NCBI GenBank assembly: GCA_965644295.1
Contig: CBFFRP010000147.1
Span: 62,001-126,000 of the forward strand
Length of the DNA: 64,000 nt
Direction: 5' to 3'
Source: Paraphysomonas bandaiensis
Taxonomy: Eukaryota; Protista; Chrysophyceae
Of this stretch, positions 42,177 through 54,902 are shown in pieces. The notes under the pieces are model-generated. The model was not told the DNA's origin, did not search any database, and saw only the letters and a list, made by a program, of their open reading frames with translations. The translations under genes and the position numbers were made by a program. The first letter of the stretch is position 1, and every line of letters starts with the position of its first letter.

Positions 42177-44521
42177 ATGAACAGTCTCTCCCCTCTTCTC
42201 ATTCTCTCTCTCCTCTGCTCCTGCATATCTGTGGATGTCTCTGTCGAGGGTGTTGTGACCGGAGACATGAACTCATCAGATATCTTGAGTTTAATCGACA
42301 TTGACACTATAGTCGTGTCTCCCTTCGCACCAGACCACCTCTCTCTATCAGAAGTAGACTATGATATCAGATTTAAACTGATCAATGGATCAACTCATGC
42401 ATGCTCCCGTCCACTGCGTCTCTCACTGCCCGGAGACATCAGAGACCAGATATTCCGGTTCTGCCGTACAGCTGGACTCTCTGTGCCTCAATGTGTACAG
42501 ATAGAGCAGTATTACTTCAATGCATTTAAATCGAGGAATGTGGTGTCTAGTGTGTCTATGTCGGAGACGAAGTGTGAGAGTGGAGGTGTCCCGGGCATCT
42601 CAAAGGGGTGCAGGAGAAGTGGGGTCAAGATTGTTATCGTTCAACTGGCCACTCAGCGTGCTCATCCATCTGCCACTCATGCACAACAAATCAATCTAAT
42701 GTATGCACGTCGACATGGATACGATTTTGTCTCACACTCTTGCCCTCCATCTGTGGATGAGGTTCACATGTGGGATCCATACGATCAGGTATACTTCTTC
42801 CATGTGTTCCGATTTGTTGAGATTTTTCCGCTTTCAGGTTCGTGCCAACTGGGCAAAACCTCGGATTATTCTTGAGTACTTGAAAAAATATCATTATGTA
42901 GTTATGCTAGACTCGGATGCCTACTTCAGGGAGCACAACATGCCTTTAGAAGCCTTCATTGACACTCACATGTATCAGAGTCTCGGTCACACAGGGGAGG
43001 GCTATGCCATCGTTCTACCCAACAACTGTATTTCTCGCAAAGAAAATAGTTCATCTGTGCATGATATGTTTTGTTGGACCGAGGGACTGAATATTGCCTC
43101 CATTATTGCGCAGAGTAACCACCATGCGGAATACATATTGAGGGAGTGGTCGGAAGCGGCATACTCGACATGCAGGCGGTTTGCTCATCCACATTACGCC
43201 TTTCCGGAATGGCGGGCGAATGATCAGTCTTGTCTCTCCGCATTATATGATTCTAACCAACACATCGCGCGACACATAAACGTACTCAACATGGAGGATA
43301 CCCACAGATACATAGGTGGCCATCGCAATGCTATGATCAAGCATCACTTCAGTGGCACCTTTCTTGCGGAAGAGGTGGGCAAAAAGATAAAGAGGGATTT
43401 ATTTGATATTTTACAAGAGGAGTCAAACACTGTGACTGTAGGTAACAAGGGAGGCAGGAAATGGGTAAAGCACCCTGACTCACCAGTTCTTGGTGGTAAC
43501 TTAGGTACTTGTTTCGATGTGAGTGTGTTGCGGGGAACGGTCCACACAAACTGGTTACAAAATTCTACTCTCCGAGCTAGAGCTAAATACGTAATGTATT
43601 TTTCATGGAGGCCGTTTGGATCTATAGCGACCTCTCTAAGCGACGACGGTATCAAATGGGGACCTCCTGCGATTGTCTTGTATGGACATCAACACTTAGG
43701 GAGAGAGTGGGAAAGCATTGTCAATCGACCATTTGTGCTTCATATGCCATCATCATCCGGCGATGTGGAGGATGGGAAATATCATATGTGGTACTCTGGT
43801 CAGCCAGTGAACGAGAGTACTTCTTCGATTGGCTACGCTACGAGCTCTGATGGAGTTTCGTGGCAACGAAACACTGACCCGGTGCTTATTGCACAGGGGT
43901 GGGAAGGTGATCACATCATGTGCTCTCATGTTATTTACGATCGACAGCAGTCGCAATACCGCATGTGGTACTCCGCAGGTAATTAATCGTGTACATTACG
44001 TGTCCAATGTACCCTACTGATAGTGTATTCTGTAAACATCTTTTACTGTACAGTTGCTGTGTTAGCGTTGTGTGTAAGATATTTCTCGACTTATAGGACA
44101 GGGGTATGAGCCGATTGCCATTGGGCATGCTGTCTCGTGTGATGGTTTGACGTGGAATAGAACTCACGATGTACCTATATTTTTACCCAACCCCAGCATA
44201 GAATGGGAGCAAGATCGAGTGACTTGTCCAAGTGTTGAGTATAATGGCGAGTATTACTACATGTTTTATATCGGGGTCACGAACATAAGTAAATCCGCCA
44301 TTGGTGTTGCTAGATCCTTGGATGGTGTTACTGACTGGGAAAGACATCCAAATAATCCCATAATATATCCGGATGAGAATCCTGATGGATGGGATTATGA
44401 TGCCGTGTATAAAGCATTCCCTCTCTATGACGGAGAGAAGTGGATGGTCTGGTACAATGGCCGTAGGGAAGAACATGAACAAGTTGGACTTGCGACGTTG
44501 GATGGATATAATCTCTGGTAG
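42177..44521 (+). CDS. Secreted/lumenal fusion protein: GT34-like (GT-A, DxD) glycosyltransferase plus five-bladed beta-propeller glycoside hydrolase-like domain (GH43/32/130-like); introns 42789-42837 and ~43979-44101
   Basis: Signal peptide; YARRHGYDF, NWAKPRII, YVVMLDSDA, LNIASII, NDQSCL; repeated blades Y.MWYSG..IGYATSSDG..W.R..P. Confidence 0.8.
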
Positions 44522-45829
44522 CAGATAGTTTGTCAAGGATTTATGTTACGTAGGCGCTCGATGTTCATGAAATAGTCATGCTAAATGTCTGTTATTAACA
44601 TTCGTTTGTAGAAGTCCTATATGTAAACGCAGCCCAATTCGAAGGATGCAGCATTCATTGTTGTGTTTTGCTTGTCAGTAAGTAATTGATTAAAACCTGT
44701 ATTTTAAGGTATTAGAATTATGCCCGGTGCTTAAATAATACATGTGTAGTTGTAATTGTGGTAGACATGTGAACCAATGATATGTCTGTACAAGCTTGTG
44801 ACTATCCAATATCTGATAATATTTATTGGTAGTAGTAACGATATAAATTTAGTGAATGTCAACGAGTGAGAGACTATGTTCACCACAATTTTAATAATTG
44901 AATATTGAGTGCACGCTCTGTTCAAGTATTCAGTTAAACCATCCTACCAATATGCCAATATTGAATATTATTAGTTTATATACGGAAGCTAATTTGTGCA
45001 AGATGATTGATCGCTGATCGCCACAATAATATGCACTACTAACCAAGAAAGAGTGAATCTGAAATACGTCTATTATCAAGACTACTGCAACTTGTTCTAT
45101 CGAATATATAATTATAATTATACTAAAAGTATATTATAATATAATATTAATAAAGTAAGTATAAATTAATATAATTATATATTCGATAGAACAAGTTGCA
45201 ATACTATGATAATATTATATATGGTATATATCAGTATAATCCCCCCGCACCTTTTCGTGGTGTTCTGGGGGATAAGTACCGGAGATATTTTCTCTGGGAA
45301 ACTAACGTGAGCCGCATATATATATAGTCCGCAGATATTGTTCTGTCCACTCATAGCCAAATGTTTGTGTGGTAAATGTCTCTTGCGAACACGTCTCTGG
45401 GTCCAGACGAATAAATAGGCATCCGGACAGGGCCCATCTCAAGGGCATCCGGTGTGTTGGGCTGCCTGCTGAAGTCAAGCATCCATCAAACACTACATAT
45501 TACGTTATATTCCACCCTTCATCTGATGATGTAGATCATAATGATGTCAGTGCTAGTGCCCCATCTCTAAAACGTCAGGACGTCGAAAATTTAGCTGGAG
45601 TGTTCATAATATTATTATGTGGCATATATATGATGCTGAAGATGACTTGAAGCAGTGACATTCAGAGTTAATCCCACGTCATGCTGATTAAGAGTATGTA
45701 CATCATATTCTACTAACATCTTTCGTGTCAGTCGCACTAGCAGAGATTAAGCGTAATGTAAATAATAATATAATATGTAATTATGACACCAACAACAACA
45801 ATGTCTAATTTAAGTACAGGTAGACGTCT

Positions 45830-45912
45830 ACCTACTAGCTTGACTAGTTTACATCTAGCTACTAAACTGGTGCTGATTCTTAACGCCTATTGCTAATAAT
45901 ATAAGACTTTAG
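45830..45912 (+). mobile_element. Short relic LINE 3' end (same family as 52247-54220)
   Basis: ttaacgcctattgctaataatataagacttt core shared with 241-272 and reverse 52255-52283. Confidence 0.5.
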
Positions 45913-46323
45913 TATCAGTATAAGCTACAAGTGCGTAAACATTGTACTAACGTCTTATTGTGGTAATATTCAACTCAAAATGGCAAAGCTATTCAACGAC
46001 TTGGTTTCCTATAAAAAGTTTAAGCTTCAGTAGCCTATATGAAAAAATTAAAAGATCCCTTCTTTATTCCCCTTCTATTATACGCTAATGTTTCGTGTTG
46101 GGTTCCTCTGTAAACAGGTCAAGGGCTATAAAATAATAATAGCTAAAAGCTATAGAAGAGATAGACTATATGAGCATCATGAGTGAAATTGAAAATTCTT
46201 GTTTTTGAATTACTATTTATAGATTATTTATAGTGATATAAGCCAACAAAAAGTAATGCACCAAGCAATATATACATGCGTTTAAGAGTTAGAACTAATT
46301 TACATAACAATTTGACGAACTTG

Positions 46324-46376
46324 TACAAACTCTATTCTCCTATTATTTAACACTACGAAAGCTGCTTGTGCATCAC
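46324..46376 (-). mobile_element. Fragment of the LINE 3' UTR
   Basis: tacaaactc..cctattatttaacactacgaaagctgcttgtgc is nearly identical to 52353-52400. Confidence 0.6.
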
Positions 46377-46732
46377 CTCCGCTCTATCACTCATTGGAGT
46401 GACAACACTTTAAACAACCTCAATAGAAGCAAATACTGTTGTGTCTACACTACATGCTAGCCTATATATTTCCGTTGAATTATCAATTTGACCCCGAATA
46501 TGAATATAATATCGCACTGAGAATGATTATCATATCACCTAGAAGATTGGAATGTAATTTAAGAATTTACAATTATTATCAGCTTGTAAAAAAGCAGCAT
46601 TTATACCTTAGCTGTGCTAGTGGCTAGATATATCATAGGTACATAATCCATACTTCAAATGTCAAAGGTTTAGATGCTGGTGTCATTTCGTGCACTTTAA
46701 ATACAAAATGCCTCTACCAAATTACACTGCAC

Positions 46733-49700
46733 TTACGCAACGACAAATAGATTTTGATCTTCCATCTCTCTGATGCGAGCATAGTCCGCGTCCACCACTT
46801 CCTGCTCAGCATGTCGCAACACTACTACACCACCAAATGTGAAACCATTAATCGTTGGCACGATATCTTGACCGAGCTTGAGGTATATTTCACATCGGCC
46901 AAAAGAGCGCATTTGTCTCATCTCCTCTACCAAGTCAGGGCTGATCTCGACGAGCTTTCCGCGAACTTTTACAATCAGACAAAGAATTCGACCATATCCC
47001 ACACTTTTTACAGGCTACGCAGACGATATATAGAAGTTAGTTGATAATCAATACTTACAAGTGGAAATACAACTAACCTCTGATGGGTAGGAGGCGTATA
47101 TTTCTGGGTTCAGGTAAGCGGCAGCCATCACCTCCACCTGGTTGTAACCGTATACGTTGTTAGCTACAGGAACCCACGTCCCTTCTCCACCATGACAACG
47201 GGCGCCCACTTCAACCAAACACGGCGAGTCCTTGACCCATTTAACTTCGCCGTGAGTTGGACCATGCTTCACTCCAAGTGCCGTTACCACTTTCTTTTGG
47301 TACTCGATTATCTCCGCCATCTTTTCATCTGTCGCCAGAAGTGGCCGCATGCCAAACATAACGAACTTGGCCCCATTTATAGGGCCTTTGTCGTATTCCC
47401 ATATGCCCACTACTTTGTGCTCGCCATTCAGGGATACCATATCAATAACGTACTCAGTACCCTCAAGGTATTCTTGAATCAATACTGCTTCGTTGACGAG
47501 TCCAAGGCCATTTACCTTCCCCATAATTCTTGTGAAGGCCTCCTGTACCTCTTCTCGACTCAGACAAAGGGTGACATCTTCAGAGGCCGCACTTTCTGTG
47601 GGTTTAACTATCACCTTGAATGGGTCAGGGTTCCACTCGTCCAGGAACTCTGCTACCTCTTCCCATGTTGTTACAACACGCTGGGTGACGGCTCGTATGC
47701 CCGAATTACGCACAGTCTCTCCCATGATGAATTTGTTTCTCCGTGCCTCGCTTTGAGCTGTGCCGTTCGACAGAAGGCCCATTTGTGAAGAAAGTGAATC
47801 TGCTAACTCCACACCCGTCTCCGCTCCAGCCATCACAGCCATCACTGGGTAGCCACACTTGTTGACCTGTGCTGCCATTGCTGAAATATCTTCTTCGAAT
47901 CCAATGATTGCCTCGAACTCGAGAGTCAGCCCTTGAGGAATCAAGTTGGCAAGGTTGGCAAGTTTATCTAATTCAGCCGAGTAGACAGCGATAATCTTGT
48001 AGCCCATGGCGTAACAATGTGCGGCCAGAGATGCACCCGTGGAGAAAGGATCAACAATGACCACTGCCTGTATCGGTTTCGGTTGTTCTGGAGCCTCTAC
48101 ATCGAACATAGTCATCTGGAGCTCCTCGATTCTACGCATTATCACAAACGCATTACGTTAGCAAGAGTGATGAAAAAACAGACATTGTAATGCAACATTA
48201 GATATCTGCCATGAATGGGTATTAGACCTTCTGTAGTCTTGATTCAGTTTTTCTTCGTCTTCGTGCACCAGACGCACTACCCCAGCCCAAGTGAAGCAGC
48301 TGATTGTCTTCTTGAGCTCCTTACCCACCTTACAATGCGACATCAGAATCAAAGCAGCACTAAATAAATAATGATAACTATACTCTTACTTTAACGAACA
48401 TTTGGTGGCCACGGTAGGATTCCATGGCCTTTATTTCTTCCAATGCAGAGGGGTCAATGCCCTTCAGCATGCCTTCTGTGTAGCTCACAATGTATTTTAT
48501 AGCCCCGTACTTCATACGCTCAGAACACTGAAGTACACTCACACAGTGATATTGACAATATCGAACCACGTACCTCACTGGGCATCGCGTCAAAAGCTTC
48601 CTTGTCAAGGTAGGCGTTGACAGTGGCATTGACCTGGTTATGACCCATTGCTTCGTTGGCCACATCCACCCATATTCCCTCCCCTCCATGGCACCGTGCA
48701 CCCACCTCCACAAGACAAGGCGCATCTTTGTACCACTTAACCTCACCGTGAGTGGGACCGTGTTGCACCCCTAGCGCTGTCACCACTTTCTTTTGATACT
48801 CGAACATCTCCGACACCCTGTCGTCGGTGGAGAGCAGTAACTTTTGGCCGTGACACACGAACCCTGCACCATTAGCAGGCTTCCGGTCGTACTCCCATAC
48901 ACCCACGAGTTTATGTTCTCCATTTAGAGATACCATATCCATTACATACTCGGTGCCCTCAAGGAACTCTTGCACTAGCACCGCTTTGTTCACAAGCCCA
49001 AGGCCATTGACCTTCCCCATAATATGTCCAAACGCATTCTGCACTTCTTGTATACTCAAACAAAGGGTTACATCGTCGGACCCAGCAGAATCGTTAGGCT
49101 TCACTATGACTTTGAAAGGATCTGGCTTCCACTCGTCGATGAATGACTCAATCTGTCCCCAAGTGGTTGCAATGAGCTGTTTGACTGCGCGCACACCTGC
49201 ATTGCGAACAGTCTCTCCCATAATAAACTTATTCCTTCGTGCCTCACTAAGGCTTGTACCGTTTGTTAGTAGCCCCATTCGTGTAGCCAGTTCGTCAGCA
49301 AGCTCTACTCCAGTCTCAGCTCCAGCCATTACTGCAACAACCGGAACACTCAGACTATTCAGTTCTGAGATAAGCATCTCAATCCCGGTCTCCTCAGAGA
49401 CCTGAGTGTTGAATGTATGAGTACTAAAAAAAGAGAAATCTAGACCCTCTGGCACCAGAGATGCTAGATCTCCTAAATCCGCTGAGAACACACATATGAC
49501 CTTAAATCCCTTCACATGCGCCTGGTACGCAAGCATGAATCCTGTAGAGAAAGTATCTACAACAACAACAGCTTTTTCTGACACAGGTACAACCGTCTCA
49601 GCCTCTGATACAAATTTAGCAGGTGCTACATTGATTGCATGTACAGAATCAGTATCATGATGACCGAAATGTCGTCTGAACATAACATCATTCAGCGTAG

Positions 49701-49965
49701 CGGGTGGAGTGGCCTCTACTTTCATCTTATTAACAAATGTAACGGAGCGAGTCATGCCTGGACCAACCATCTTCTTCCTTGTCTTTGCAGACAACAGCTT
49801 CCTGTCATCAAACGTCATCGCTCGGGACATGTTCGGCCCGTCTAGATCGTCCATGTAATCAGGCCGAAACTGAACTCGTTTAAACTTGTTATCTGATATA
49901 ACTAACTCCTTCCTGAAGGCCTCTTTCTGCTCCTTATCCGTCTGATTGGAACTCTGATTTCCCAT
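46733..49965 (-). CDS. Tandem (two-domain) ATP-grasp ligase, L-amino-acid-ligase-like, with a predicted N-myristoylated extension; about 5 exons, ~990 aa
   Basis: Two full repeats: VVVD(T/P)FSTG, AGAETGVELAD, RRNKFIMGE, VIVKP..SA.S.DV, QE(F/Y)LEGTEY, GPTHGEVK, LVEVGARCHGG, each followed by a LAL-type C-terminal domain; starts MGNQSS. Confidence 0.85.
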
Positions 49966-50523
49966 TATTAATTATCTCTTCTGTGGGTTGTATATATGGC
50001 TATATTATTATGATAGGGAGATATGTATGTATATCCATCCCCAGCATATGTGGGTTGTTTACTATACGTGGATTGCCATATGTTAGTGTTTCAACAGCAA
50101 CCAGTATGTATGTATATGTTCTGCAGGACAAAAGATTCACTTCATACTGAATATGACGCACTTCACTGTCTTTACTATACTGAGAATACAGTACAATACA
50201 GTCCGAGTATTCTGATGGGAAATATCACTCCAATGACGAGAGGTCTTATACGTCTACTGTATTCCCTTGTATACACTCGGTGCTTTAAACATTTGAATCA
50301 CTCACATACGCATACATGCATAGGTACACTGCTGTACATATACAGACGTCCACTACACTGTACATACATACATATACACTGCACTGGCATATCCAGTACA
50401 CGCACAGGCATATAGCAGCATGATCCACTCATACACATCATAATGAGGAAATTACCTCGAGATTACTGGGCTTCTTGGCCCAATGCACATATTTGCTAGT
50501 GCTCTTTATATCTTTCCACTGAA

Positions 50524-52136
50524 ATGAAGCTCGATTTCTCTCTGGATGTGGTTATTCAGGAGGAGAGGCATAAGCCTGTGTACTGTATTAAATTCTGCTC
50601 CATATTACATGAATTTAGCCATTTTTTTGCAACTGTGTGTCAAAATAGAGCTTCTGTATATCGAATTGATGATACTGTACATGCTGTTCAGCATTACGAG
50701 GATGGTGACTATAGTGAAAGCCTGTACACGTGTACTTGGGCTGACTGTGGTGATGGAGCTCCACTCCTGGTCGTAGCTGGACTAAAGGGAGTGTTGAAGG
50801 TCATAAATACAGTTACTTTTGAGATGCAAGCAATATTACGAGGACACGGTAGTGATATTGATGATGTTACTGTTCACCCTGTGGATACCAACTTGATTTT
50901 ATCTGCATCCAAGGACGAGAGCATTCGACTGTGGAATATTAAGACATCTGTCTGCATTGCAATATTTGCTGGTGAGAAAGGGCACCGAGATGATGTGTTG
51001 AGTATAGATATTCACCCACTGGGCAACTGCTTTGTGTCAGCCGGAATGGACACTACTGTGAAGGTGTGGAACCTCGTTTCGCCTTCAGTGCGAGAGGCGG
51101 TGGGCAAGTCATATTCAGACCCCAATAGAGGTGGTATTGCCCCCTTCAGTTCAGTGTATGAGCAGTTTCCTTTATTTACATCATCTCAGCTACACAAGGA
51201 CTACGTGGACTCTGTAAGTTGGATTGGAAATCTCATTCTCTCTAAGAGCACCAGTAACAGGGCGGCCCTGTGGTGCCCTGACCCAGACAGATATGAAGTA
51301 CGTTGAGTTGCATATTCTCTAACCAATTATTGTAAATTATCTCTGAGTTGTGTATCTAGTTCATAACCTAGTAATGGTACACAATAATTTTATCTGGCAG
51401 GGTGCTCCTTGCGTGCTGAGGGAGTTCCAGCTTGTCGACAGCGAGATATGGTACATGCGCTTCGGGGTGTCAGTACCGCTGGATCTATTTGCGTCCGGCA
51501 CTACTAAGGGAAAAGTAAGATATGGTGCAATTCTATAACTCCCAGTAAGTGAGATCTCTTGCGTTGGACAGGTATGTGTATACCACCTATCCCCAGAAGA
51601 AGATGACGATGACGAATCTCCACCCCCCAGTGACAGTGTTACTGCTGACACTGAGTCCATAGACACGCAGGTAATCCTATATGCTCTTACATGGGCTCGT
51701 TGTTACGGTCCCTTCGATACCTAGGTATTGTCGGATGTGCCCCCAGAAGATGCAAACCGCATTCCTACTCCCAGGGTCCCGAACTTCAAAGAGGAGAAGT
51801 ACGAATGCGGAGAGGGAGCTCGGCCTGTAATAACGCTATACTCTGATGATCCTAAGTACGTCTCTATTAGCGCTTTCAATGATGTTACTAACAGGCCATC
51901 GGGAATATTTTTGTTATAGGGACAGAAGTGAGGTCCGACATGTTACTTTTAGCCCTGATGGAGCTTACTTGGTTTACTCCTGCGGTGACGGGAAGTTATT
52001 CGTGTGGAGCATTAAGCGGAGTGTCGCACATAGCACTGATGTCAACAGTAGCACATTCTCCAAATTACCAGCAGTAGTTGGTACAATAGCAGAGTCGTCG
52101 GATATATCTGATTCGTCGTCGTTAGAAATTATCTAG
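50524..52136 (+). CDS. EED: Polycomb PRC2 WD40 subunit EED/ESC/FIE; about 5 exons
   Basis: ESLYTCTW, PLLVVAG..G.LKVI, GHG..I, LSASKDESIRLWN..CIAIFAG..GHRDDVLS, SAGMDTTVKVW, QFPLF....LHKDYVD, ILSKS, IWYMRF. Confidence 0.9.
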
Positions 52137-52246
52137 TTTGGGATCCTCTTCCCTTTTTATGTGAACTGAATTTTAATTTTTAATTTATACTAATTTCTAA
52201 TTTAGTCATTGCTTTCATCAATCCTTATAGACAGTTATTTTTGTTA

Positions 52247-54220
52247 GTAGTGAACGTCTGATTATTTAGCAATAGGCGTTGAGACCTTGCAGCAATTAGT
52301 GGCTAGAAGAATGCTAGTCATACTAGTTAGACCACTACCCGTAACTAATCAATACAAACTCTTTTATCCTACTATTTAACGCTACGAAAGCTGCTTGTGC
52401 GTCGCCGCAAGCACCAAGGTGCAACCACTTCCGTTCTTTTTGTGTGATGTGAAATTCGCCTTTTTCGTGTGTCCGTGGACTCACCGGCGCTATTGATCTG
52501 GGGGTCTCCCTTTGGGATGGGTCTCCATTGGTGTTGGAGGGGGCTCAGCGTTCTGGATTAGGGTCCTGAGTGCACCTAGTTCCAGATGTGTGGGTTGAGA
52601 GTGGTGGGGATTGTTGGGAGGAGGAGTTGGGTTTGTAGTCTGTGTTACTGTGCTCCTGTGGGGCCGCGGGTGTAGATAGAGTTGTCGAAGCCGTCGGCGT
52701 TGTGGAGGTCTGGGCAGTCCAGTGCTCTGTCGGGTAGGACCTGTGAGGTGTGCACGTGTGTCTGGAGTCGGGGACGCGGGGGGTCTTCGTTGGACCCCTA
52801 GTAGTCGAAGGACTCTCGGACGTTGTCTTGACTGACTGCGTTTCGGACGGGGTCTCGGGAGTAGCCTGGGCGGCCTTTTGGACATGGTGATATAGCGACA
52901 ACCGCGATCCTGTAGCATAAGCTTCGCTGCAGTGTAAAGCGGTTGCAGGAGATTAATAACCGCTGTTTCTAGGTTCCGTAGACTGTGTGCCGTCAGGTGG
53001 TTGTGTATGGCATCTTCGAAGACCGTTTCCAGTTGGGCTGCTGTGATGGTTCCAGTCCAGTATCTCTCGACCTGTGGGATGGAGGGATTCCAGGCTCTGC
53101 TGGAGAGTCTCCGTAGTGCAGATGTGATCCAGTTGGGTAAGGTCTGAGTTCTCTGTATTTCGTGGAGCACATTTTTATGCGATTGAAATGCAGTTTCCCT
53201 TATTTGGGTGATGGATTCATGTGTGCAGTCGAGGCACATATGTTTTAGGGAATCTAGTCGAAACCCGCAGTCAGAGCATGCGGCTTTGGTCAGGTCAAGC
53301 CCCTGTTTGGTTTTGGCCCGGTTCCTCCCTATGCAGAAAGATTTGTCCCATGTCAGTGCCGTGTTGAGTATTCTTTGGCGTAGATTTGAGCTGAGTTTGT
53401 CTTTGGATGCACTGCCATCCGCTTGAGCTAGTTTGCGCGGGAGGTGTACTCCGCTATTGGTCCAGTAGCCAGGCGCTCGATCAGGATTGTGTCCGTAGCG
53501 TTGATCTCTGGTTGAAGTGTAGTTCTCAAGTGTCCTTAGGTCGCAGAGATCCTGGAAATTAGTAAGGAGTGGGCTAGAGTAGTATGGCCGTCTTGTACTG
53601 TGCATACGCCAGTGCCATAATCCAGCAGTTAGTAAGCGTTCGATGGCACTGTCAATCGCAATTGTGCAGACAGTGTAGTTATTTTTTCCAAGGATGCGAT
53701 CGACTTCATGCCAGTCTTCACCCGCAACTGCGTCCGCAATATAGATGCCCTTGTCCTCAAACGTCCACTCCGTTTCATCTGTGGTACGTCGTTCGGGATG
53801 AGACCTCACCCAGGTCACCTGTCGTTTGCAATCTCTGCTGGCTGCGATGCTTTCGAGTAGTACCCCTTTTGCACGGTGACCGAGAGCTCTGCGTCTTGTG
53901 GAGAGTGCTTCCTCAGTGCGGGTGCACACTGCCTGACAGTCTGTGTGGCTTCGTATGTGTTCGGGAATACGTGTTGAGAGTATAAGCCCCATGGCTGTGC
54001 CTATGAGTTCATATGCGTATGAGTCCAAACCGGGCACGTCACGAAAGGGTGTATCTAGTCGTAGTATTGTGGTTGTACCATCTTCCCAGGCATTTTCTGG
54101 GGGTAAGTAGACGACCGCTGCACCTCCTCGGTGTGTCCATCGGGTTCGCGGATTGACATGAGTGAGGCGACGAGTGGAGAGCGCACTGGCTGTGTATGAT
54201 CCATCTGTGAAGATAGCCTT
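52247..54220 (-). mobile_element. 5'-truncated non-LTR retrotransposon (LINE) with RNase H and CCHC domains; ORF open from 54220 to 52490
   Basis: 14-bp TSD AGTTATTTTTGTTA (52233-52246, 54221-54234); RNase H FTDGS..AYEL..HTDC..WVRSH..IADAVA; CSDC..H...C; 3' UTR shared with other relics. Confidence 0.9.
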
Positions 54221-54902
54221 AGTTATTTTTGTTATTTTATATGTAAAATGAGATGCGCTTGAATGCCGTCATTGTAAAGTATTGATAGATTGATAGTCTT
54301 CATTCCGCGGACGTGGCATTGTGCTGATGGGGATTATGCAATTAAACTAAGCATTGCATCAGTGTTACGACTTACGACATACGAGAACACTCGCGTATTC
54401 CTTGCGCAATGCAAAACGTATAGCAGTAGCGTCTAACGGTATAGCCCCTCTGGGGTAGAAACCAAAAATTATATATCTACGGAAGGATAACAACCCACTT
54501 AATATTAAGAATTGCATGTATGAATGCATATATATTATATATATTATTGATGTATTTTCGTTGAGGTCTATATTAGTATTACAAAGTACAAACACTTTGG
54601 TAATTAAAAATTAATGTAATACGGCTATATATTGACCAGTACTTCTCTTTGCTTTGAACCGCTCTTTCAGAGTTGAATCATTCGCAATTCACAGTACTAT
54701 TGCGACACGTACATTGTATGAAATGTGCTGTAGAAGGATAAAGTGATAACAAGAGAAACGAAAAACTGTCATCATAAAAAATTAATAATATAGATCACGG
54801 GAAGCCTGCAATAGTTAGCAAGTAAAAGACGATGAATGCATAGTCCTACTTCTCTACTATAATAGATACTCTACGCGACGAAATCATTGAACGTCTTGCT
54901 GT

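Noticed and set aside
45175-45650. Short ORFs in a locally GC-richer patch
   Set aside because: No motifs, splice structure or homologous copy visible; cannot be supported.
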